A stretch of 31,958 nucleotides of DNA from positions 1-31,958 of the forward strand of contig CAWDLW010000002.1 of the NCBI GenBank assembly GCA_963803145.1, read 5' to 3'. The position numbers and the translations under genes are program-made. Shown here one piece after another: positions 8,944 through 17,624 of the stretch (positions are counted from its first letter, which is position 1; each line of letters begins with the position of its first letter). This stretch comes from Methanotrichaceae archaeon. Lineage in GTDB: Archaea; Halobacteriota; Methanosarcinia; Methanotrichales; Methanotrichaceae. The notes below the pieces were generated by a model, which did no database searches, was not told where the DNA came from, and worked only from the letters and a program-made list of their open reading frames with translations.

Positions 8944-10602
8944 ATGAGGGGAGTAGCGCTAATAGTAGTAATATTAGTTTTTGCTGTTGCCATATCTTTA
9001 GGCAGTCCGCCCATAAAGGAGCCTGTACAATATGAGCAGCTCGGTAGCGGCCTGAATGTGAGCGGCACAGGCATAATTGATATGAGCACATCTGCAGTCG
9101 ATAAACGAATTGCCCTCGACTATTTCAATTCACTTTCAGGCAACGGCAGCCTGGAGATGAATTCTGAGAGAGTATTCTCTGAGTCGGCCAGAAAGATAAG
9201 CAGAGATATAGGAATGGAAAACCTGTCCAATATGAACCTTTTTGACAGGTCCAAGATCACCTATTCAGGCGAAAGTCCCCTTGTAGGCAGCAAATCCCTC
9301 GGCTCCCAGTCATTTTACGGCGGCATCGGCGCGGATGCATTGGAGTCCTTCAGCGTCAACGAGTTTGAAGGCGAGCTGAAAAGCTACTTCGGCTCGACTT
9401 CAACTGCAACGAATGCTCACCTCGTAGGCTTGGATACCAAAAGCATCTTCAACGGAACATGGACGACGGACACAAGCTTGCATAAGCTACTTGAAAAGAA
9501 CATCAATTCGCATCAATCATTCTCAGGAAAGTTCGAGATAGATAGGCAGATAGAGATGCATGAGAAGGCAACATACAAATCGGCCATAAAGTGTGCGAAG
9601 ACTCCATCATCCGTCAATGTTAGCGTTGGGGATGTTGTGACGTATGAGTATAATGTTTACAACCCAAGCGACACAGTGATCTCAGGCATAAGCTTGGTTG
9701 ATAGCGATCTCGGCAAAATAAAGCTTGGTAGGACTGCGCTTGGGCCTAATGAGAGCACGAAAGGCGTTGCAGCTTATACCGTCACTGAGGATGATATCCT
9801 GGCAGGTCCTAGAGAAACCATAGCTACAGTTACCGGCGTAGACAATATGAATGAGCGTGTGGAGTCCCATTGCAGCTCATGGCTCGTGCCTGTAGCAGAA
9901 TACTACGAAGGCAATGCTCTTACAGCAACTAAGTGCCCTGAATGCGAGAATTGTGAGTTGCCGAAAGACAGCCAATCCTGTGCCGGATGCGATGTAGCTC
10001 CTGGCTCTTTCAATCTATACAAAGGAAACCTGACCATCTATGCCCTGGATGTGAATATGACAGAGAGCCGCTATCCGTTGCCCAATTGTCCATATGAAGG
10101 CTGGCCGGACCCTGAAACTTCAACGATCATAGAGTTCGGTGCTACGAACAGCAATGAGGTAAATGCAGCCGATCCCAACGCCTCTGTATGGCAGAGCTTG
10201 AGCCTAGAGCCTGGGGTTTACCTGGCCAAGCAGGCATATAGAGGCATTGATGGGGACGTAGTATCAGGAGGAACATATAGCTGGAATACGCCCTACGGAG
10301 GTTCGAGCCCCAACGGAGGCTTCCATTGCACAGGAGATCCGGAATATGATAGCTTTGATCTGAAATTGGTGCTTACCGATCTCGGACCGGGTGCGGGCTT
10401 CAGGACAGATGCATACCAGAGGGTATACAAGAGCGCTGATCAAAGTGAGAATGCCTACGATTGGCGGGAGATAGGCTCGCAGGTGGTGCCTGAGGAAGCG
10501 ATTGATAAGACGGATCTCAAGCCGTTTATCCTTGTGGCAAATGCGAGGAATAGCACAGGAGGAGGCACTATATCCTGGTCAAAGGTTATCGCAGCCGATT
10601 AG
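8944..10602 (+). CDS. Secreted/cell-surface protein with Ig-like (DUF11/DUF7507-like) module and Cys-rich linker
   Basis: Hydrophobic signal peptide; VGDVVTYEYNVYNPSD...LGPNES...YTVTEDD module; CPECENC...CAGC linker. Confidence 0.75.
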   Translation: MRGVALIVVILVFAVAISLGSPPIKEPVQYEQLGSGLNVSGTGIIDMSTSAVDKRIALDYFNSLSGNGSLEMNSERVFSESARKISRDIGMENLSNMNLFDRSKITYSGESPLVGSKSLGSQSFYGGIGADALESFSVNEFEGELKSYFGSTSTATNAHLVGLDTKSIFNGTWTTDTSLHKLLEKNINSHQSFSGKFEIDRQIEMHEKATYKSAIKCAKTPSSVNVSVGDVVTYEYNVYNPSDTVISGISLVDSDLGKIKLGRTALGPNESTKGVAAYTVTEDDILAGPRETIATVTGVDNMNERVESHCSSWLVPVAEYYEGNALTATKCPECENCELPKDSQSCAGCDVAPGSFNLYKGNLTIYALDVNMTESRYPLPNCPYEGWPDPETSTIIEFGATNSNEVNAADPNASVWQSLSLEPGVYLAKQAYRGIDGDVVSGGTYSWNTPYGGSSPNGGFHCTGDPEYDSFDLKLVLTDLGPGAGFRTDAYQRVYKSADQSENAYDWREIGSQVVPEEAIDKTDLKPFILVANARNSTGGGTISWSKVIAAD

Positions 10603-10839
10603 TCGGATGCCGCTTCAGCTCAGCACATCTGAGACAGCCCACTTATTTTTAAACGCAATGCTCCGCAGCTTGCCGCACAGGCACGCCGCCGTCATTTGAC
10701 TTGATGATTTAATAAGCTATAACAATGAGATTCTATAGTCTACCATAATTGAGTTGATGAATCGAGTTTCCTCATAGATCAAATTTTACCATCTGTCTAT
10801 AAGCCGCGTCTTAGTCAAACTTACAGCTCTCTAATTTCG

Positions 10840-11913
10840 GAATGCCCGCGAGTCGCTTCGCTCCCGCGCTGGCTGTTTACGGGGCTGTCGCGTGAGTCGC
10901 CGCGATGGGCTACCCTCCGGGACGGTTCACACGAGGAGGTAACAGGCTGTTGATTGATTGCCTGTCTCCTCGGTTGTCTGGGCATCTGCGCCGGTTCCAG
11001 CCATACCCACAATACGGCTGATTCACCTCACCACCGTGCCTTGAGAGCGGCACTACCTCAAAGTGATGCCCAAGGTACAGGGCGAGGGGATCAACTCGTG
11101 GTGAGTTAAGGGAGACCTCCTGGCAATTTAGTGTCTCCCTTGTGTGAGATGGTAGGAGGAAGAGATACTATGCCGTAATATTCATTAGCAAGTCGAATGC
11201 CAGAATCTTTCAGAGGTTCACCCACCGATACTAATCATATGCATAACAGAAGGGAACCTCCGAAAAGATTCTACCCTAAAGCTCGCATGCTCTAAGGGAG
11301 GAGGTTCTCGTGCATAACGCCTCAAAATGTGCTATGCAATTTCTGATTTCCATTATAATCAGAAATTTACCTTGGGCTTAAAGCCAATTTAATCCTACCA
11401 ACAAGTGTATATTCTATAACGATTAGATAGTTAATTTGCCGCGAAATAGGGCTGTAGCCGATTAAGCATCGGGGGCAGTATGTCACCTCCAATGGAGCGC
11501 CTCGCTTAACAGCGAAGTCTTCGGTGAAAGCGAGTTAAGGCATACATCGTTCAGTTCGTATATAAGCGCGGCAAGTAACGTCGTGTGCAGGCGAAGTGAG
11601 AGCAGGCCCCTCATCTTTGATGAAAGGGTCCCCGTAAGAAGGGCGCTGTGCTAGATACCAGTGCTGTCTCGCATTGCCTGTGTGAAGGCACAGGGCGGGC
11701 TTAAAATCGCCACTGCGGTGGCTGATTCCTCTGAGGAGGGCGCTGTGAGTCAGCGTTTGGCTCGCCTAAAACTTCACAGTACTATTCTCGTAGGTACATT
11801 CTGGGTTTGATGTTTGCTTACTGGTAATTGCCAGGCAGTGCAATCGGTATGCTGCCTACAGATATGTTTTTGATAAAAGTGTTTACGTGCGGGGGATGAG
11901 ATCCCCGCACGTA
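10840..11913 (+). ncRNA. Putative large structured non-coding RNA (~1.07 kb), family not recognised
   Basis: No credible ORF; more than 20 helices visible, including long-range pairs 10842-47/10980-85, 11027-34/11098-105, 11150-57/11393-400, 11436-43/11567-74, 11589-94/11762-67. G-U wobbles favour the + strand. Boundaries approximate. Confidence 0.7.
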
Positions 11914-12138
11914 TTTGGTTTAGAAGAATATCATCCTCCCAGCTTTGCAACTAAAGTACGGGGCATGTAAAATCACAAGTTTCAATTTTCATCAGGAATT
12001 TAAAATTTAAGTTGTAGAATTAACATGTAATTTACTTTAGGTGCAAATCCCGTCCTCCCGCAGCCTTTAAATAGAAGTAAAAATACTTAGCCATTAACCA
12101 TTATAGATCAAAAAGATAGTAAAGCTAGGGAGGAAGCG

Positions 12139-12558
12139 ATATCCGCTAATAGATTAATTTTAGTTGCTTTTTTCCTGATTGTACTTGTAGGATCATCTGT
12201 TGGATCATATAGTGAAACGACAACGGCCTCGTGGGATACAGTTACTCATTACGAGTATCATCATTGGGCCGGGAGAGAACCACTTGCCCCTCCGTGGTTT
12301 GAGGTTGTGGACACGTGGGATACGGCTAAGTCCTGTTCCTCCTCCAAAACCGATACCTTTTGTTGTAATGGTGATTTGTTATCTGAGGGCGATTGGAGCC
12401 CAGATTCATGCGGTGATCAATCAGCACCGTACAATGAGCATTGGCATCCGTTCGCCGGAATTTCCTGGAGCCTAGATGAACCTGATGCATATACCCGTGA
12501 GTCCACAACTCTCCAAAATTATCGAGAAACAACAACATGGAGCGGATCATGTCCCTAG
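12139..12558 (+). CDS. Small secreted Ser/Thr/Trp/Cys-rich protein (139 aa), apparent ATA start
   Basis: The frame of track ORF 12307-12558 stays open back to TAG 12088 and encodes a signal peptide ISANRLILVAFFLIVLVGSSVG; GGGAGG lies 5 nt before ATA 12139. Confidence 0.6.
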   Translation: MSANRLILVAFFLIVLVGSSVGSYSETTTASWDTVTHYEYHHWAGREPLAPPWFEVVDTWDTAKSCSSSKTDTFCCNGDLLSEGDWSPDSCGDQSAPYNEHWHPFAGISWSLDEPDAYTRESTTLQNYRETTTWSGSCP

Positions 12559-12569
12559 TGAGCAGCTAT

Positions 12570-13754
12570 ATGAAACTACGGAGACAGTTTCAACTCAAGT
12601 TGTTATATCATGCTTTAGTTGTTCTATTTGTGATTACTATTCTTAATAATTCAGTAGCGATGCCTGAACAGATGGGTGACATAACAATAATAGAAAAAAA
12701 TTTTGGTCATGTCGAGCCATACGCGTCTGTCATCCATAATACAACAATCAATTCCAGCAATCGTGAAGTATATTTCCTGGTCGCTTGGAAGAATAAATCT
12801 AATGAATTAGATATGATCTTGAATTCACCGAAAGGCATTCGTATCGAGCCGTCCTCTAACTATTCTAATATAAACTACTTAAAAAATGCAACGTTCAAAT
12901 ACTATGATATAAAAAATCCCGATCCTGGTGTTTGGACTATGGAGATTCTGCCTAGCAAGATGGAAACAATGCGAGAAGATTATTGTGTCATAATCAGCTC
13001 TCCATCGACCAAATATTATAATTTGCAAGAACCTAACGCAAACCTCAGTAACCTCTACAGCTCTCATGCGATTGACGATGATCGGGACGGATTTTATGAT
13101 CACATAGACGTGACGGTATATGTTCTGGTAAAGGTAGCTTGGATTTATAAAGTAAGCGCATCGCTTTACGATGATAAGGAGGTAGAAGTCGCCAATGCCT
13201 CTCAAGGAGCTTTCTTGAATCCCGTTATGCCATCAGTTATACTAAAGTTTTATGGAATACCTCATTCTGGAGTGTATCATCTTAAAAATGTAACTCTCTA
13301 CGACAATCTTGGAAAGATATTGGACAGACGCAATGGTGCCTATAGCACGCCTATGTATAAAAATTTCACCCCCAACCCACAGCTAGCCAAATTGACTAGA
13401 AATTATACGGACCATGGCATCGATATCAACGGCGATGGGAAATATGAGTTCCTGATCGTGAATATAGGTATAAATGCAATTTTTCCAGGGAACTATACAC
13501 TACAAGGATGGCTACATGACATAAATGGGTCTGAAGTTAGCTGGTCAGTAGATCAAGGCATCTTTAAGCCAGGATATCACATAATGAATCTCTCTTTTGA
13601 TGGCAAAACTATCGCGAAACACAAGGAAAATGGGCCATATCGCCTCGAAGATATCACCCTTTCTTCCAGGAGAGAAAAGGGAATTTCGACAGTGAATGAC
13701 TTTGAAAACGTTTACATCACCGATGAATATAAATATTCAGATTTCAGAGTCTGA
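12570..13754 (+). CDS. Secreted protein with PPC-like N-domain and two Dx[DN]xDG-containing repeats
   Basis: Signal peptide after MKLRR; DMILNSPKG...NPDPGVWTMEI; repeats DDDRDGFYD...GVYHLKNVTL and DINGDGKYE...GPYRLEDITL. Start could be 12537, 12549 or 12570. Confidence 0.78.
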   Translation: MKLRRQFQLKLLYHALVVLFVITILNNSVAMPEQMGDITIIEKNFGHVEPYASVIHNTTINSSNREVYFLVAWKNKSNELDMILNSPKGIRIEPSSNYSNINYLKNATFKYYDIKNPDPGVWTMEILPSKMETMREDYCVIISSPSTKYYNLQEPNANLSNLYSSHAIDDDRDGFYDHIDVTVYVLVKVAWIYKVSASLYDDKEVEVANASQGAFLNPVMPSVILKFYGIPHSGVYHLKNVTLYDNLGKILDRRNGAYSTPMYKNFTPNPQLAKLTRNYTDHGIDINGDGKYEFLIVNIGINAIFPGNYTLQGWLHDINGSEVSWSVDQGIFKPGYHIMNLSFDGKTIAKHKENGPYRLEDITLSSRREKGISTVNDFENVYITDEYKYSDFRV

Positions 13755-13791
13755 AGTAGATCTAGATATTATAGGAGATAAGCTAGAATAG

Positions 13792-14502
13792 ATGAATTCG
13801 GCAATGAGACGGCACTCAATAATACTAACATTATTTATCTTACTCAACTTATTTTCTTACATAGGATCTGCATCTGAAGGTAGGAAGGTAATTTCAGGAG
13901 CAGGCTCCGGAGAACTTCTCCTGAATTTTACAATTCGTTCCATAGCCCCAGTCTTTCTCGGCAGCTATATCTACGATCTCGTCGGCATCCATATTCCGCC
14001 TATCTCCTCTACTTTCAATGTTTCTTTTTCACCTATCACAAAGAAGCTTTATGGGTACGCCTACGATGCCGAAGGCATCTATATGCCCAGCATGCCTAAC
14101 AACTTCACAGTTTCTGCAGCAGGAGTAAAGAACCTGAACATAGGCTTAAAGAAGCAACAGGGCAGCTATGAAAACTCAAGCGATATCTGGAAGGATAAGT
14201 ATTCCAGGATCTGGATCAGCAGTCAGGCTGAGGCCAATAATCAAGGTATAGCGACACTTGAGTCATACCTCATCTCTCCTGGCGTCTACCAGGTCAAGAT
14301 CTTCGGCGATGCGGCGCAGAATGTATCCCAGGTGAACATAATCATGTCCTTGACTAAAAAAATAATCGTAAATGGTAAGTTTAACATCGGTATCAACACC
14401 ACAGGATTTCCATCAGGCAATTATTCAATAACTGCAAAGGCATTGAATGGATCTCTTCGCTTAGATCAGATCGAGTTAGAGGACATTTCTGCTCTGGGAT
14501 AA
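13792..14502 (+). CDS. Secreted hypothetical protein, beta-rich
   Basis: N-terminal basic and hydrophobic signal; PGVYQVKI and SGNYSITA Ig-like strand motifs; AGGAG upstream. Confidence 0.75.
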   Translation: MNSAMRRHSIILTLFILLNLFSYIGSASEGRKVISGAGSGELLLNFTIRSIAPVFLGSYIYDLVGIHIPPISSTFNVSFSPITKKLYGYAYDAEGIYMPSMPNNFTVSAAGVKNLNIGLKKQQGSYENSSDIWKDKYSRIWISSQAEANNQGIATLESYLISPGVYQVKIFGDAAQNVSQVNIIMSLTKKIIVNGKFNIGINTTGFPSGNYSITAKALNGSLRLDQIELEDISALG

Positions 14503-14531
14503 GTATCCGATAAAACTCAAATGAGTATGTA

Positions 14532-14825
14532 CCTAAGCTCCCGAAAAAATTAGGCGTATAGGTTAGACGCACGAAAAATTTTTCCTAGTTACTTTAATAT
14601 TTCTATTCAATTAACCATAGATAAGACAATATAAATTACTTTTATCTACATATTTCCTTTCTTTTTGATTATGAGCATAGATCTCATGCCGCGCCTACAA
14701 AAAGTAAGCGCATAAAGTCTAAATTACTCCCCATTGAGAACACCTAATTTAGGTTATTTTTTGAAATAGAGCGTTCTTTATCGAGATCGCTTACTTTATG
14801 CGCCTGCTTAATCCGGGAGTTTAGG
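14532..14825. mobile_element. MITE / non-autonomous IS remnant, 294 bp, possibly IS1634-family derived
   Basis: Imperfect TIRs CCTAAGCTCCCG...AGGCGTATA and (revcomp) CCTAAACTCCCG...AGGCGCATA; exact 6-bp direct repeat TATGTA at 14526-31 and 14826-31; no transposase ORF. Confidence 0.8.
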
Positions 14826-15340
14826 TATGTATAACCTGTAAGCAAACCTCTCTATTTTTTAGTATCTATCGGACCTGTGAGGATTCCTAAAAACCTGCTG
14901 AAAATCCAATTGCTTTATATGACGTTTATAAAGATTAGGCCAAAATTAGAGGTTAATAGGAATCCTCCTGTAGATATTATTATAAAGACCATTAAGCCCT
15001 ACAACTCTATAGGTCTGCGCACCAGATTCTATATCTCAATTTCCGCTATGCTGTGGCCACGCTGACCGATATCGAGCTTGGTAGCTCATCCATGCATATA
15101 GTTTGTGGAATAAAAAGTTGATTAGAATATGTGTTAGATCGGGTTAAGCATTTTTGCAAGTTATATATTTTGCTACATCTAACTGCCAGGCTGAATATGT
15201 ACAACCAGGAAATAGTTCCATGACATTCATTCTGGGAAAGATTAGAGCAATGATGATAGATAAAAGAGAGCTTAATGAGAGTTCAGTAACGAGAAAAATA
15301 GTATCTTGGGCCTTAACTCTAAGCCCAAACTTTTAGGCTT

Positions 15341-16939
15341 TTATGGTGTAATTGCATCCAGTATATTCTCGGCCTCATCCCTGCGGGCATCCATCACATA
15401 GGGTATGCCTGAGACCATTGATGCCTCCTCCGTGAGAGCCATCAGATCATCGCGGGAGATGGTTGAAAGTCTGAAGTTCCTCGAGCCTGCCATAAGCTGC
15501 TGCAGCCCAGTCTTGAACTTCTGGCCGTAGGTGTAGATGGCCATGGCGCCAAAGGGTATATCCTTGAAGTCGTTTCCGTACTTCGCCTTCAGCTCCTCAT
15601 ATGCGACGAAGATCTCCTCAGGCTTGCTCCCGAACTTGGAGACTGTCTTGGGCAGGTCATTCTTTGCCATCCAGTCCTGGATGTTTTTGCCCACCATTCC
15701 TGGTATCATCAGAGCACGTCCCATACAAACAGCCTTGAAGTAGGGGCTTCCCATTGCCAGAACCTTGAAGACTCCGTCCTCGGTAGAGAATCCCCCTGCC
15801 ATTGCCAGATCAGGCACGCGCATTCCACGCCTTGTCAACCGGTTGGCGAACTCAATTGCCAGAGACTGCAGATAAAATGTCGGTATTCCCCACTCGTTCA
15901 TCATCGGCCATGGGCTCATACCGGTTCCGCCGGGCGCTCCATCTATTGTGAGCAAATCCAGCTTTGCCTCAGATCCATAGCGCAAAGCCATTGCCAGCTC
16001 GACCATGGAATATGCTCCGGTCTTGAGGGTGATCCTCTTGAATCCGAGGTCTCTAAGCCTATCGATCTCTGCCATGAATCCGTCATAGGTGACGAATCCA
16101 AGGCGGGAGTGCCTCTCGAATTCTTTTATAGCTCCAGCCTTGAAAGCTGCCTGGATCTCGGGGAGAGTCGGATCAGGTGAAACTACATATCCTCTCTTTT
16201 TAAGTTCCAGTGCCCGCTCAAGGCTCTTCACCTTGATCTCGCCGCCGATGCACTTGGCTCCCTGGCCCCACTTGAGCTCAATGGTATCCAGGTTGTGCTT
16301 GGAAGAGACATACTCTGCTACTCCCAGCCTTGTGTCCTCGACGTTCATCTGCACAAGTATCTCGCCATAGCCATTATAGAACTTCTTGTAGGTGTTGATT
16401 CTTCTGTCCATCTCAGGGGACTTGGCTACCTTTCCATTGCTGGTTCTCTCAAGCCCTGGGTCAATTCCGCAGACGTTTTCACCGCAGACGAGGGTAATGC
16501 CGGTGATAGCGGCACCAATGGCGAAGTGCTCCCAGTTCTTTCTGGCTATCTCAGTCGAGCCCAGAGCGCCCGTGAATATGGGCACCTGCATCTTGACCTT
16601 CTTGGACCAACCATATTCAGTCTGGGTATCGACCTTCGGGAACAGAGCTGTATCTGGACCTACCTCAACTCCCTCGGGTAGACCTTCTGCCCCGACTGCA
16701 TAACCCTGAATGCTCAGATGAGAGTAATCTATGGGATAATCTTTATCGGCTCCTGCAGTTATTTCTCCGAAGGGTCCTGGATAAAGCACTTCTCGTCCTC
16801 TGAAGGATGCGAGCCAAGTCTCGCATCCGCCTCTGCATCCATCCAGACAATCAGAGCAAATTCCTGACATAGGAACTACGCTTCTGGATCGGTTGAATGT
16901 TCCAGTAGCTGCACTGGAGTTCGGTCTTCTAAGGTTCAA
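15341..16939 (-). CDS. FMN-binding glutamate synthase family protein (GltB domain 2-like)
   Basis: IELKWGQGAKCIGGEIK, IDGAPGGTGMSP, MAGGF, MGRALM; N-terminal CSDCLDGCRGGC; TTG start with GGAGG SD. Confidence 0.9.
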   Translation of the reverse strand: MNLRRPNSSAATGTFNRSRSVVPMSGICSDCLDGCRGGCETWLASFRGREVLYPGPFGEITAGADKDYPIDYSHLSIQGYAVGAEGLPEGVEVGPDTALFPKVDTQTEYGWSKKVKMQVPIFTGALGSTEIARKNWEHFAIGAAITGITLVCGENVCGIDPGLERTSNGKVAKSPEMDRRINTYKKFYNGYGEILVQMNVEDTRLGVAEYVSSKHNLDTIELKWGQGAKCIGGEIKVKSLERALELKKRGYVVSPDPTLPEIQAAFKAGAIKEFERHSRLGFVTYDGFMAEIDRLRDLGFKRITLKTGAYSMVELAMALRYGSEAKLDLLTIDGAPGGTGMSPWPMMNEWGIPTFYLQSLAIEFANRLTRRGMRVPDLAMAGGFSTEDGVFKVLAMGSPYFKAVCMGRALMIPGMVGKNIQDWMAKNDLPKTVSKFGSKPEEIFVAYEELKAKYGNDFKDIPFGAMAIYTYGQKFKTGLQQLMAGSRNFRLSTISRDDLMALTEEASMVSGIPYVMDARRDEAENILDAITP

Positions 16940-17231
16940 ATTTTTGCCTCCTCTTGATCTTGTTCTTACCTTTTATATGATAGAGATTGGTTGAGCCTAA
17001 CTTGTATTTAACAAACAAATCAGTAATATTATTACAAAATATCTACTTTTAAACTTAAACATCCCATTCAGCTGATTTACGTCCAATGATGACTTTGATC
17101 TTGATTTTATTTCGGCAAAGATCTTGATCGCATATCTTCCCAATATGTCTAAGAATGTCCTCATTTTTCAGCCTTTAGGGAGATTCTCTAAGAAAGCCTT
17201 TCAACAATTTTACTTTGACTGAAATATCATG

Positions 17232-17390
17232 TATATAAGGATTGTTATGAATTATTCATAAACTATATGAACATTTCATAATTTTGATGCCGATTTCTAT
17301 ATTATATGAATAAGTCCCCGGTTGTCGAGACATTTCATATATAAAGATTGTTATGAATCTTTCACTATTGTTAAGAATGATTCTTAACAA
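17232..17390. promoter_or_regulatory. Duplicated TATA box plus tandem palindromic operator-like sites between the gltB-like gene and glnA
   Basis: TATATAAG 17232-39 and TATATAAA 17338-45, each followed by two TATGAA-N3-TTCATA-like palindromes 20 bp apart (17245-61, 17266-80; 17351-67, 17368-90). Confidence 0.65.
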
Positions 17391-17624
17391 CTCAAAATAA
17401 ATTTTCAATTATGTATATAGACTAAATTAATGTATTAAATTTCAGATGAAATGATGCCTTTTCACTCAAATGGATAGTATATTATACCCATAGGTCATTC
17501 TGGTTCATAAATCTTCATAATGCATGATAGATAGCATAATTGATTACCCAAACCACCAAAATGAAGAGATGCACTTTTCATCAAAGCGCAGTAAAATCAA
17601 TGATAGATTTGCTATTTAGATGAA

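Noticed and set aside
10881-10930. Group II intron domain V resemblance (GGGCTGTCGCG...GACGGTTC) and GTGCG at 11887
   Set aside because: No AGC/CGC triad in the right geometry, the order relative to GTGCG is wrong on the + strand, no domain VI or RT ORF, and the minus strand gives no domain V either.
10821-11012. 63-aa minus-strand ORF in the structured region
   Set aside because: No SD, atypical composition; better explained as a chance ORF in GC-rich RNA-like sequence.
11155-11260. RNase P-like words GAGGAA and AACAGAAGGG
   Set aside because: The two segments cannot form P4 and spacing is too short; no SRP helix 8 motif seen either.
17232-17390. Repeats as a possible CRISPR mini-array
   Set aside because: Only two degenerate units, no regular repeat-spacer pattern and no cas genes.
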